The notes beneath the pieces are model-generated. The model ran no database searches. It was given only the letters and a program-made list of their open reading frames with translations, and was not told where the DNA came from. Below, in pieces: positions 1 through 8,589 of a DNA stretch of 32,000 bases. The stretch lies in NCBI RefSeq assembly GCF_037902255.1, contig NZ_CP147990.1:3690001-3722000 (forward strand). Direction: 5' to 3'. Position numbers and translations under genes: made by a program. Origin of the DNA: Candidatus Electrothrix sp. GW3-4 (GTDB taxonomy: Bacteria; Desulfobacterota; Desulfobulbia; Desulfobulbales; Desulfobulbaceae). Position 1 is the first letter of the stretch; each line of letters begins with the position of its first letter.

Positions 1-1
1 G

Positions 2-619
2 GCCGACGTGGCGATTCCTTCACTGGACTCGGCCCTGCCAATAGGCTTCAGAAGGATTGACCGGCCGGCCCCCTGCGTTGATCTGGACCTGGTCATTGAG
101 GGCCTCATTACCTTCTCCCATCAATATGACGGAAAGATATGGCTGGAGATCCTCTTTGCTGAGGGCATCAACGACTCTGCCGAGGAAGTTGCGGCTCTCC
201 GGCAAGCGGTCAATCGGATGCGGCTTGACCGCATCCAGCTGAACACGGTTGCCCGCCCCCCCCTGGAATCCTTTGCCCACCCGCTCAACAAACAAGGCAT
301 GGCAGCGATTGCACAGCAATTCCAGCAAGACAACCCCTTGCGCCCTGTCGACCTACTGGCCTTTAAAGCGAGCCAGGACGACGAGGCCGAAGACCCAAAA
401 AAGTTTTTTTTCAACCTTGATCGTGCAGCCGATAAACAGGCCTTCACGGTTGAGCTTGTCGATATGTTAAAACGACGGCCATGTACGGCCGCTGATATCA
501 ACCGCACCTTTCATCTGGGAGGGGCGGAAAAGGTTGAGCTGCTGCTTGACACCCTTGTGCAGAACGGTCGCATACAAAAACGAGTCTATGGAGATACGGT
601 CTATTATCAATATCAATAG
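2..619 (+). CDS. Radical SAM family protein, C-terminal part (5' end lies outside the window)
   Basis: The reading frame is open to the window edge; the GTG at 8 is only the first possible start. The segment ...RIQLNTVARPP... and the acidic C-terminal region resemble COG0731-type radical SAM proteins. No CxxxCxxC motif is visible because the N-terminus is missing. Confidence 0.45.
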   Translation, partial: ADVAIPSLDSALPIGFRRIDRPAPCVDLDLVIEGLITFSHQYDGKIWLEILFAEGINDSAEEVAALRQAVNRMRLDRIQLNTVARPPLESFAHPLNKQGMAAIAQQFQQDNPLRPVDLLAFKASQDDEAEDPKKFFFNLDRAADKQAFTVELVDMLKRRPCTAADINRTFHLGGAEKVELLLDTLVQNGRIQKRVYGDTVYYQYQ

Positions 620-706
620 ACCATCTCTCCATATGTCCGTTCCACAAGGTGCTGCACCCAAAAGCAGGGGCTTATATTGTTTATTTAAAAGCAGGAATAG
701 AGCACT

Positions 707-2854
707 ATGACCAATGAGACAGAACAAGAGATCAAAAAACAGGAAACCCAAAAAATACGCAAGGTAAGCACCGGGGCCTGGTGGAAGAGCTTTAAGAAAA
801 AAAAGGTCGAGAAAAACAGTCGGGCCAACGAACAGGCTCAAGAGGTGAAAGCAAAACCGGGAGCGCCCGAGAAAACGCAGCCCGCTGAGCCTGAGCAGAT
901 CAAGCCTGCCCCCCCCAAATCCCAGAACAAGGCCAACCGCAAGCCCAAACGCCCGACCAAGCAGACATCAGCCAAAACAGCGCAACAAGCCCCTCCGGCA
1001 GAGCAGCCTGTAAAGGAAGCACAGGAAACCACACCGGAACAAGCCGAGACCACCGGAGTCCAGGAGGAAAAGAAAAGACCCTCGCGCAGGCCCCGGAGGC
1101 GAGGCAAGAAACCCGCTGCTGCGCAACAATCTGTAAAGGAAGAAAACAAGCAAGAAGCTCAAGAACAGGCCAAGGACCAAGGAGAGGCGCAAAAGGAGCT
1201 CCAGGAAACCAGGACGAAAAACACGCCCTCGAAGGCAAACAAGGCAAACCGCAACAAACAGGCCCCTGCGCAAAAGGCAAAAAACGCCCCAAGCAAGCAG
1301 GAAAAGGCGGACAGCATTGAAGAAGAAAGCGAGCAGAACCAGCAAAAAAAACAAAAGGTCCGCCTGCTGATCAATGCAGAGGAGCCCGAAGAATGCCGGA
1401 TTGCCCTGGTGGAAGACGGTCGCCTGGAGTCCTTTCACGTCAACACGGTGGTGCGCGAGCGGACCAAGAATAATATCTATAAGGGCCGTATTGTCTCTAT
1501 TGAGGCCAATCTCCAGGCCGCCTTTGTGGAAATCGGCACTGGCCGCAACGGCTTCCTGCCCTTTAACGATATCCACCCGGAATATTATCGGCAGGATATC
1601 AGCGAACAGAGCCGTCAGCTGATCAATCAGCAGCAGTGGAAAAAGCTCAAGATCGAAGATGTGATCAAGCGGGGCCAGGAGGTCCTGGTCCAGGTGGTCA
1701 AAGAGGTCACGGGCAATAAGGGCGCCAATATGACGACCTATCTCTCCCTGCCCGGACGTTGCCTGGTCCTTATGCCGGGCAGTGACAGCGCGGGCATCTC
1801 CCGCAAGATCTCCGGGGAACAGCGGCGGAGTCGGTTGCGCGAGATCATGTCCGACTTCAACATCCCTGAGGGCGTGGGCTATATTGTCCGCACAGCCAGT
1901 GCAGAAATCACCAAGACCGCCCTGCAACAGGATCTGCACTACCTCACCGGCCTGTGGACGGAGATCAAAAAACGTGGTCAGACCATGCCAGCCCCGGCCC
2001 TGGTCTATGAGGACCAGGACACGGTCCATCGTTTTCTCCGGGATCATTTCACCCAGGATATCCAGGAGATTATTGTTGATACGGATGATTCCTACAATCA
2101 GGTCACAAAATTTGTTGATCTGCTCCCGACCCGCCAGAAAAAGGTCCTGGTCAGGTTGCATCGCGGGGCCAAGCCCATCTTTAATCAGAGCAATATTGAA
2201 GAGCAGATTGAGTCGATCTACCAGCCCCAGGTGCAGCTGCCATCCGGCGGCTCCATTGTCATTGATCCCACCGAGGCCCTGGTGGCCATTGATGTCAACT
2301 CCGGTCGGACCTCGCAAAAGGGCGATTTTGAAAAATCCATCTTTCTCGCCAATATGGAGGCAGCAGAGGAGCTGGCCCGCCAACTCCGTCTACGGGACCT
2401 GGGCGGTCTGATTGTGGTGGATTTTATCGACATGCGGAGCAAGAACAACATCAAGGAGGTGGAGAAGAAGGTCAAGAATGCCATGAAACGGGATAAGGCC
2501 AAGGTGGATATCAGCCGGATCTCCCGCTTCGGCCTGATGCAGATCTCCCGCCAGAAGATGGGTGCGCCCATTGAGAAAGGCAGCTATCGCCGTTGTGAGC
2601 ATTGTGAAGGTCGCGGAGTGGTCCGCTCTGTGGAGACCCTGGCCCTCTACTATCTCCGTCGCATCCAGACTGGAGTAACCCGCAAGAAGGTAAAAATTGT
2701 GGAAGCCGAGCTACCCCTGGAGGTTGGGCAATATCTGCTTAATAAGAAGCGTGCCGAGATCATGGAGCTGGAGAATAAGCATCAGGCCCGCATTATTATC
2801 CTACCCAACCCTGGGATGAAACCGAGCGAGAACAATATACGCTTTCTTGCCTAA
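707..2854 (+). CDS. Rne/Rng family ribonuclease (RNase E/G catalytic core) with a ~220-aa low-complexity N-terminal extension
   Basis: 715-aa ORF. S1-domain signature LLINAEEPEECRIALVEDGRLESFHV...IYKGRIVSIEANLQAAFVEIGTGRNGFLP. DNase-I-like region VIDPTEALVAIDVNSGR. Zn-link CEHCEGRG. AGGAA lies upstream of the ATG. Confidence 0.92.
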   Translation: MTNETEQEIKKQETQKIRKVSTGAWWKSFKKKKVEKNSRANEQAQEVKAKPGAPEKTQPAEPEQIKPAPPKSQNKANRKPKRPTKQTSAKTAQQAPPAEQPVKEAQETTPEQAETTGVQEEKKRPSRRPRRRGKKPAAAQQSVKEENKQEAQEQAKDQGEAQKELQETRTKNTPSKANKANRNKQAPAQKAKNAPSKQEKADSIEEESEQNQQKKQKVRLLINAEEPEECRIALVEDGRLESFHVNTVVRERTKNNIYKGRIVSIEANLQAAFVEIGTGRNGFLPFNDIHPEYYRQDISEQSRQLINQQQWKKLKIEDVIKRGQEVLVQVVKEVTGNKGANMTTYLSLPGRCLVLMPGSDSAGISRKISGEQRRSRLREIMSDFNIPEGVGYIVRTASAEITKTALQQDLHYLTGLWTEIKKRGQTMPAPALVYEDQDTVHRFLRDHFTQDIQEIIVDTDDSYNQVTKFVDLLPTRQKKVLVRLHRGAKPIFNQSNIEEQIESIYQPQVQLPSGGSIVIDPTEALVAIDVNSGRTSQKGDFEKSIFLANMEAAEELARQLRLRDLGGLIVVDFIDMRSKNNIKEVEKKVKNAMKRDKAKVDISRISRFGLMQISRQKMGAPIEKGSYRRCEHCEGRGVVRSVETLALYYLRRIQTGVTRKKVKIVEAELPLEVGQYLLNKKRAEIMELENKHQARIIILPNPGMKPSENNIRFLA

Positions 2855-2864
2855 GTCAGCACCT

Positions 2865-2910
2865 GCCCGGAGTGTTCCTCCGGGCGGATATATCTCGCCC
2901 TTTCAGGGCG
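2865..2910 (+). terminator. Two stem-loops downstream of the ribonuclease gene (candidate intrinsic terminator; weak U-tract)
   Basis: First hairpin: GCCCGGAG-tgttc-CTCCGGGC at 2865-2885, a perfect 8-bp stem. Second hairpin: CGCCCT-ttc-AGGGCG at 2896-2910, followed by ATTCTT. Confidence 0.4.
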
Positions 2911-3003
2911 ATTCTTGCAACAGGGGACCCTGAAGGGGTTCACAAGGCCAGCGCAGGGGAACAGCCTGCGCATGACGTCATCTCTAACCATTGAACGAAG
3001 ATC

Positions 3004-5730
3004 ATGGAATTGCTCGCAGTCTGGGGAATAGGCAAGGCGGTTTTGCCCTTTTTTCGCCCCATCCTGGAAACCATCGCCAAGGACGTGGCCAAGGATGCCG
3101 CCAAGAGCTACGTGGGCAAGTGCTTTAAGAGCGTCTTTTCGGTCATCCACAAGGATGCCCTGAGCAAGGCCACCGGTCTGGCCCTGAAAGAGCTCCTCGT
3201 CCTCATCGAAGACGAGTTCATCCGGGCGGATATCGAAGAGGAGCGGCTGCCCACCTGGACCGAGGACCTGCGCCGTTTTGTCGAGCAGGACCGGGTCTGT
3301 CAGGCCATTGCCGATCTCTTTCTCCGGCCTGAGGCCATCCCGGAGCCGGGCAGCTTTGCCCTTGCCTGGCAGGAGCTTGAAGGTGCCCAACCCCTGCCGG
3401 ACGGATTCAACTGGAAGTACATCAGCAGGCGTTTCTCGGCCAAGGTCAAGGAGATTCGTCATTCCTCTCCTGAACTCCGGGAGACCTTCGAGTCCCTGGC
3501 CAAGGCCCAGGACTCCGCAGCCCTGCAGGAGCTGGCCGGTCTGCCGCCCGGTTTCAATCTGGATACCTACCGCGAGGCCCTGTTCGAGCGCTACGGCAAG
3601 CTGGACTTTGCCAGCCTGGATGTCACCGGGCCCTACTATGATAATGTCCGTCTCTGGAAGGTCTTCGTGCCCCAGTCGGTCCGGGAATGCCATGAGTACG
3701 ACCCGCAGCTGCTGGAGGTCCCCAAGGAAGAGCTGCAACGCCAGGCCGAGGCGGGCGAGCTGGACCCGGAACAGCTGGCCGAGTCCGAGCGCTTGCATGA
3801 GGAGCGCAGGCGGGCCTATGTCAACCAGCCGCCGCGCCCGGTGCTCGAAGTCGCCAACGATACCGCAAGCCAGCGCCTGCAACGCCTGGTCATCCTCGGT
3901 GATCCCGGTTCGGGCAAGTCCTGCCTCCTGCAATACCTAGCCCTGGCATGGGCCAAGATCGACGATCCCAACCAGCGCTACACCGCCCCCCTCCCCCTGC
4001 TCATCGAGCTGCGGGCCTATAACCGCTGGCCATGTCCCAACGGCAAGGGCTTTCTCAAGTACCTGCACGAGTCCTCCACCTGGCATCGGCTCAATCAACA
4101 GACCCTCCATCATCTGCTCGGTCAGCCGGGCCGCGTTGTCCTCCTGTTGGACGGGCTGGACGAGGTCTTTGACCCGGTGGAGCGCGAGCAGGTGGTCAAC
4201 GATATCCACCGTTTCAGCAACGAGTACAAGCAGGTTCGCATTGTGGTGACCTCGCGGGTGGTGGGCTATAGGTCCAAGCGCCTGCGTGATGCTGAGTTCC
4301 GCCATTTCATGCTCCAGGACCTGGATAAGGAACAGATCAGCAGCTTTCTGGAGAAATGGCATACGGTCACCTTTGACAAGCTGGAGGAAGGCGCGACCAA
4401 GCGGGAGCGGCTGGCCAAGGCCATCGAGCGATCCAAGTCCATCGGCCAGCTGGCAGGCAATCCCCTGCTTCTGACTATGATGGCCATCCTCAACCGCAAC
4501 CAGAAGCTGCCTGACGATCGGGTGGACCTGTACCAGCAATGCTCCCGCCTCCTCCTCCATCAATGGGATACCGAACGGGCCCTGGGGGATTTCCCCGGCC
4601 TGAGCGAGGAGATCGGCCTGCGGGAAAAGACCACCATCCTCCGCACCGTGGCCTATGCCATGCAGACGCACCAGGCCGAGAACACGCGGGCCAACTATAT
4701 TGATGGCCAGGCCCTGGAGAAGCTGATTGAGGAGTACCTCCATACCGAGTTACGTTTTGAGCAGGCACGGGCCGTGGCCCGGGCCTTGGTTGAGCAGTTA
4801 CGAAGGCGGAACTTTATCCTCTGCTACCTGGGTGGAGACAGCTACGCCTTTGTCCATCGGACCTTTCTGGAGTATTTCTGTGCGGCCGAGATCGTCCATC
4901 AGTTCAATGTGGCCAAGACGCTCAGCGAGCAGGATCTAATTGATTTGTTCGATAAGCACTGTGGGGACGATGACTGGCGCGAGGTGCTGCGCCTGATCTG
5001 TGGGCAGATTGATGAGAAGTTTGCCGGACGAATTATTGCCCATCTGACGGAACGGGTAGATATGGAAGCGTGGGATGGAGAAATGCCGTTGCCGGAGTTG
5101 GTGCTGGCGGTTTGGTGCTTGAGCGAAGTTAGAAATTTAAATAAAATTCAGGAGAAGATAGGAGGAGACCTGCTGTTAAAAGTTGTTGGCTGTTTTTTAA
5201 GAGGAACAAGAGGAAATCATCGTCTTGCTTGGCAACTGCTTGCAGCGGCTAAGGATATTGGCACTGTATGGCCAGGAAAATTCCGATTTGATTTTATATT
5301 GCAATACCCTGTAGAGTGGTGGGAATTTCAGGTCACATGGCCTCAATTTTTAGCGGCTGTTTTCAAGCAACGCCGGTGGATAGAACAACTTGCCGGTGTG
5401 GAAAATAATTTTATTCGATCAGGTTCTTTTTTTACTTTAAATCAATACTGGCCTGATGAGAAAGCTTATCAGCTTTTTAAAGAGTTTTCTCGTTTCGATG
5501 GAGCAGCAGCTTCATTTTATGGAGGCAAGCATTCCAAGTTTGGTAAATTTATATTTGAACGTGTTTTATTGTATCATGATCCTCGCAATCCCATCCCCGT
5601 CGAGCACATCCAACAAGCCGCAGAAGAAGCCGGTATTCCCCCGTATAAAATCGACGAAACCGTGCGCTCTCTTTCAGAGCACATGGGCTGGGACATCACC
5701 AAAGGCAGCGAGGCCGGGAAGCTGGCATAA
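3004..5730 (+). CDS. NACHT-domain STAND NTPase (bacterial NACHT, candidate anti-phage / conflict-system protein)
   Basis: 908-aa ORF. Walker A LVILGDPGSGKSCLL at about 3898-3921. Walker B VVLLLDGLDEV at about 4135-4167. GNPLLLTMM motif typical of the NACHT/winged-helix region. The ~290-aa helical N-terminal region and the C-terminal region are unassigned. Confidence 0.85.
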   Translation: MELLAVWGIGKAVLPFFRPILETIAKDVAKDAAKSYVGKCFKSVFSVIHKDALSKATGLALKELLVLIEDEFIRADIEEERLPTWTEDLRRFVEQDRVCQAIADLFLRPEAIPEPGSFALAWQELEGAQPLPDGFNWKYISRRFSAKVKEIRHSSPELRETFESLAKAQDSAALQELAGLPPGFNLDTYREALFERYGKLDFASLDVTGPYYDNVRLWKVFVPQSVRECHEYDPQLLEVPKEELQRQAEAGELDPEQLAESERLHEERRRAYVNQPPRPVLEVANDTASQRLQRLVILGDPGSGKSCLLQYLALAWAKIDDPNQRYTAPLPLLIELRAYNRWPCPNGKGFLKYLHESSTWHRLNQQTLHHLLGQPGRVVLLLDGLDEVFDPVEREQVVNDIHRFSNEYKQVRIVVTSRVVGYRSKRLRDAEFRHFMLQDLDKEQISSFLEKWHTVTFDKLEEGATKRERLAKAIERSKSIGQLAGNPLLLTMMAILNRNQKLPDDRVDLYQQCSRLLLHQWDTERALGDFPGLSEEIGLREKTTILRTVAYAMQTHQAENTRANYIDGQALEKLIEEYLHTELRFEQARAVARALVEQLRRRNFILCYLGGDSYAFVHRTFLEYFCAAEIVHQFNVAKTLSEQDLIDLFDKHCGDDDWREVLRLICGQIDEKFAGRIIAHLTERVDMEAWDGEMPLPELVLAVWCLSEVRNLNKIQEKIGGDLLLKVVGCFLRGTRGNHRLAWQLLAAAKDIGTVWPGKFRFDFILQYPVEWWEFQVTWPQFLAAVFKQRRWIEQLAGVENNFIRSGSFFTLNQYWPDEKAYQLFKEFSRFDGAAASFYGGKHSKFGKFIFERVLLYHDPRNPIPVEHIQQAAEEAGIPPYKIDETVRSLSEHMGWDITKGSEAGKLA
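5658..5730 (+). repeat. Direct repeat copy 1: the last 24 codons of the NACHT gene
   Basis: AACCGTGCGCTCTCTTTCAGAGCACATGGGCTGGGACATCACCAAAGGCAGCGAGGCCG... recurs at 6311-6385. Confidence 0.9.
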
Positions 5731-5818
5731 GGGCGAAAAATTTTCTCCCTTACTGTTTCTGTGCTATAATGAAGAATTAGCTGGAGTATGACCAAAAAGA
5801 AAACTGTGGAGCAACGTC

Positions 5819-6286
5819 ATGGAATGGGCTGAAGTCATAGGCAACCCCCTTTTGCAGAATCTTCCCTTCAAGATCGAGCTGAACCGCTTCGGCAAAATCC
5901 TCATGAGCCTGGCCTCCAATCAGCACGGACGCATCCAGGGCCGGATGGCTGCGAATCTTGTCAATAAGCTGCCCAACGGTGAGGTCATCACGGAATGCTC
6001 TATCCAAACCTCGGAGGGAGTCAAGGTGGCCGATGTGGTTTGGGCCTCGGATGAGTTCATCCAGACCTTTGCCTATGAAACCCCGTATCCCAAGGCCCCG
6101 GAAATCTGCATTGAGATCGTTTCCACGTCAAACTCCAAGGCGGAAATTACCGGCAAGGTGGAACTCTATCTGGCAAAGGGTGCGCAGGAAGTCTGGGTAG
6201 TCTATGAGGACGGCAGAATTACGACCTTCAGCCATATCGGGGAAATCAAAAAAAGCTCCTTGGTCCCTGATGCGCAGAAGCTCTAG
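5819..6286 (+). CDS. Uma2 family (DUF820) restriction-endonuclease-like protein
   Basis: 155 aa. The segment PEICIEIVSTSNS...KVELYLAKGAQEVWVV matches the PD-(D/E)xK-type core of Uma2/DUF820 proteins. TGGAG lies upstream of the ATG. Confidence 0.75.
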   Translation: MEWAEVIGNPLLQNLPFKIELNRFGKILMSLASNQHGRIQGRMAANLVNKLPNGEVITECSIQTSEGVKVADVVWASDEFIQTFAYETPYPKAPEICIEIVSTSNSKAEITGKVELYLAKGAQEVWVVYEDGRITTFSHIGEIKKSSLVPDAQKL

Positions 6287-6310
6287 GTGCCAGACATTCG
6301 TTAACGTCTC

Positions 6311-6385
6311 AACCGTGCGTTCACTTTCAGAACACATGGGCTGAGATATCACCAAGGGCAGCGAGGCCGAGAGGTTTCCGCATAA
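6311..6385 (+). pseudogene. Orphan copy of the NACHT gene 3' end (direct repeat copy 2)
   Basis: It translates in frame as TVRSLSEHMG*DITKGSEAE..., against ETVRSLSEHMGWDITKGSEAGKLA* in the intact gene. About 6 mismatches in the first ~58 nt: 5 synonymous plus TGG->TGA. Confidence 0.85.
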
Positions 6386-6688
6386 TCAAAAGAACGCATA
6401 AATAAGGGTATTGCGCACCTCGACGATCTTTCTCCATTCATAGGGGGATAACGCTTCAGCACAGGACCAGGAAGGTCGCTATCCAGAGCTCTCTGCCAGG
6501 AGGAGGGAGAGAGACGGACCCCAGGCCTGCCGCCCTGCCCCCTCATCCCCCCCCCGAAAAAAAGAACCCCACACGCTTTCCCCTTGAACTTTCCGAAAAC
6601 ATACGATAGTTGTCTATACTTCTCTCGACTCTTTCTTCCGCCAATTCCGGCTGGCAACAAACAATACAATGGCTTTTGCTACACTATA

Positions 6689-7801
6689 ATGAAACTCAAC
6701 ATCCCCCAAAACATCGCCGACATCATCCCCTATCCCCCAGGCAAACCCCTGGAGGAACTGGAACGCGAATACGGCATCAAAGACTCCATCAAGCTGGCCT
6801 CCAACGAAAACGCCTGGGGACCATCCCCTAAGGCCGTGGCAGCAGCCCAGGAAACCCTGAACGGCCTGCACCGCTACCCGGACGGGTCCAGCTACCATCT
6901 CACCCAGGCCGTGGCCCAGTGGACCGGCGCAGCTCCGGAAGAGATCATCCTCGGCAACGGCTCCAACGAGGTGATTGAATTCCTGGTCAAGGCCTTTGTC
7001 CGCTCCGGCGACGAAGTGATCACCAGCCATCCCTCCTTTCTCATGTACCAGAAATTCGTGCAGGTCCGGGGCGGCACCAACGTGGTGATCCCGCTCAAGG
7101 AGATGCTCCACGACCTGGAGGCCATTGCCGCCGCCGTGACCGAGCGCACCCGGCTCATCTTCCTCGACAATCCCAACAATCCCTGCGCCACCCTGGTCAG
7201 CAAGGAGGACTTTGCTGTATTTCTCCGTAAACTGCCCGAAGAGGTGGTTGTGGTGCTGGATGAGGCCTATATCGACTTTGTCGAGCCGGAACAACGGATT
7301 GATGTCCTCTCCCTGATCCGAGAACCCGAAGGTATCCCGGCAGTGGTCTCCCTGCGCACCTTTTCCAAGGCCTTTGGTCTTTCCGGGCTGCGGGTGGGCT
7401 TCGGCATCATGCATGCGGAGATCGCCTCCCTGCTCCATCGGGTCCGCCAGCCCTTTAACATCAACCTGCCTGCCCAGGCAGGAGCCTTGGCCGCCTTGAG
7501 CGACAGCGAGCATTATGACAAGACCATGACCGGGACCGCAGCGGGCCGGGAATGGCTCTCCGAGCAGGTCCGTGCCCTGGGCTGCAAGCCCTATCCCTCC
7601 TGCACTAATTTCTTTCTCATTGATGTGCAGGGCGATGCCACAGCCCTCTACGATGCCATGCTCTATAAGGGCGTGATTGTCCGCTCCATGAAGGCCTACG
7701 GCTATACCAACTTCATCCGCATCACCATCGGCACTGAGCAGGAGAACCAACGCTTTGTTACTGCGTTAGAAGATTGTCTCAAGGAGCTCGGTTATGTCTG
7801 A
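6689..7801 (+). CDS. hisC: Histidinol-phosphate aminotransferase
   Basis: MKLNIPQNIADIIPYPPGKP...LASNENAWGPSP...SLRTFSKAFGLSGLRVGF (PLP-lysine region). I placed the start at the internal ATG at 6689, not the non-ATG start at 6584. Confidence 0.9.
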   Translation: MKLNIPQNIADIIPYPPGKPLEELEREYGIKDSIKLASNENAWGPSPKAVAAAQETLNGLHRYPDGSSYHLTQAVAQWTGAAPEEIILGNGSNEVIEFLVKAFVRSGDEVITSHPSFLMYQKFVQVRGGTNVVIPLKEMLHDLEAIAAAVTERTRLIFLDNPNNPCATLVSKEDFAVFLRKLPEEVVVVLDEAYIDFVEPEQRIDVLSLIREPEGIPAVVSLRTFSKAFGLSGLRVGFGIMHAEIASLLHRVRQPFNINLPAQAGALAALSDSEHYDKTMTGTAAGREWLSEQVRALGCKPYPSCTNFFLIDVQGDATALYDAMLYKGVIVRSMKAYGYTNFIRITIGTEQENQRFVTALEDCLKELGYV

Positions 7802-8519
7802 GCAGATGCCTGAACAGGGAACCAACGCCGCACCGGATAAACTACGGGTCGTCACCATTGACGGCCCTTCCGGGGTGGGCAAATCCACGGTCAGCCGGAG
7901 GGTGGCGGCCGAACTGGGCTTCACCTACCTGGACACCGGGGCCATGTACCGGGCCGTGGGCTATGCCTGCGCCCAGGCTGGCATTGAGGTGGACGACCCT
8001 GCTCACCAGGAAGCACTGAACAAGCTGCTGGCCGAGTTGGATCTCCGCCTCCTCCCGCCGGAAAAGGAGGGCGATGAGGTACGGGTCTTTCTCGGGGATG
8101 AGGAGGTCAGCGCGGCCATCCGAATGCCGGAGATGAGCATGGCCGCCTCCCAGGTCTCTGCTGTTCCGACGGTGCGGGCCCGCCTCACCGTGATGCAGCA
8201 GGAAATGGGCAAGGCCGGGGGGCTGGTGGCTGATGGTCGGGATACCGGCACGGTGGTCTTTCCCCAGGCTGCCTGGAAATTCTACCTGGATGCCTCGCCG
8301 GAAGAGCGCTGCCGCCGCCGGGTGGCCCAGCTCCGGGAACGGGGCCAGGAGGTGGATGAGCAGGAGACCCTGGCCCAGATCATCGAACGCGATCGGAATG
8401 ATCAGGAGCGGACCATTGCTCCCCTGGTCATGGCCGCAGATGCCCTGCATATTGACTCTTCCCACATCAATGCGGATGAGGTCGTAGCGCGAATGCTGGA
8501 GGTTGTTTCTTCGGGGTAA
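7794..8519 (+). CDS. cmk: Cytidylate kinase
   Basis: [37 protein letters not shown]. The start overlaps the hisC stop by 8 nt (ATGTCTGA). Confidence 0.93.
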   Translation: MSEQMPEQGTNAAPDKLRVVTIDGPSGVGKSTVSRRVAAELGFTYLDTGAMYRAVGYACAQAGIEVDDPAHQEALNKLLAELDLRLLPPEKEGDEVRVFLGDEEVSAAIRMPEMSMAASQVSAVPTVRARLTVMQQEMGKAGGLVADGRDTGTVVFPQAAWKFYLDASPEERCRRRVAQLRERGQEVDEQETLAQIIERDRNDQERTIAPLVMAADALHIDSSHINADEVVARMLEVVSSG

Positions 8520-8589
8520 TTATACACCAACAAGGCATCGGGCATTGCAAAAGAGCGCATATAATCAATTCGTCCCCAGAGGAGAAGCC

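Noticed and set aside
968-2383. Long antisense ORFs inside GC-rich genes: 968-2383 (-), 2851-3933 (-), 3937-4743 (-), 6614-7750 (-), 9350-10351 (-), 16887-17945 (-), 14021-14656 (-).
   Set aside because: They lie opposite confidently identified genes (RNase E/G, NACHT, hisC, lipoprotein, MscS, USP-like). Their translations are low-complexity and R/G/P/A-rich, with no motifs. These are typical shadow ORFs of high-GC coding DNA.
5819-6286. NACHT plus Uma2 as a co-transcribed two-gene defence operon (sensor plus trans nuclease effector).
   Set aside because: The Uma2 gene lies between the duplicated NACHT tails, which indicates secondary acquisition. There is an 88-nt gap containing promoter-like sequence, and no known NACHT-Uma2 partnership that I can cite. 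I kept it as context only.
6349-6669. A minus-strand 106-aa ORF and the C9 / A7 homopolymer pair (6547-6563) in the region upstream of hisC.
   Set aside because: The ORF has no RBS or motifs and spans a promoter/leader region. The homopolymers are not in or next to a coding start, so I cannot support a phase-variation role.
6685-6690. TATAAT hexamers placed directly at or just before start codons (hisC at 6685-6690, overlapping the ATG; lipoprotein gene at 9538-9543, 7 nt before the ATG at 9551), suggesting leaderless mRNAs.
   Set aside because: For hisC the hexamer overlaps the start codon, so it cannot serve that ORF. For the lipoprotein gene there is no convincing -35 element. Both are plausibly chance in AT-rich leaders. 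TSS mapping would be needed.
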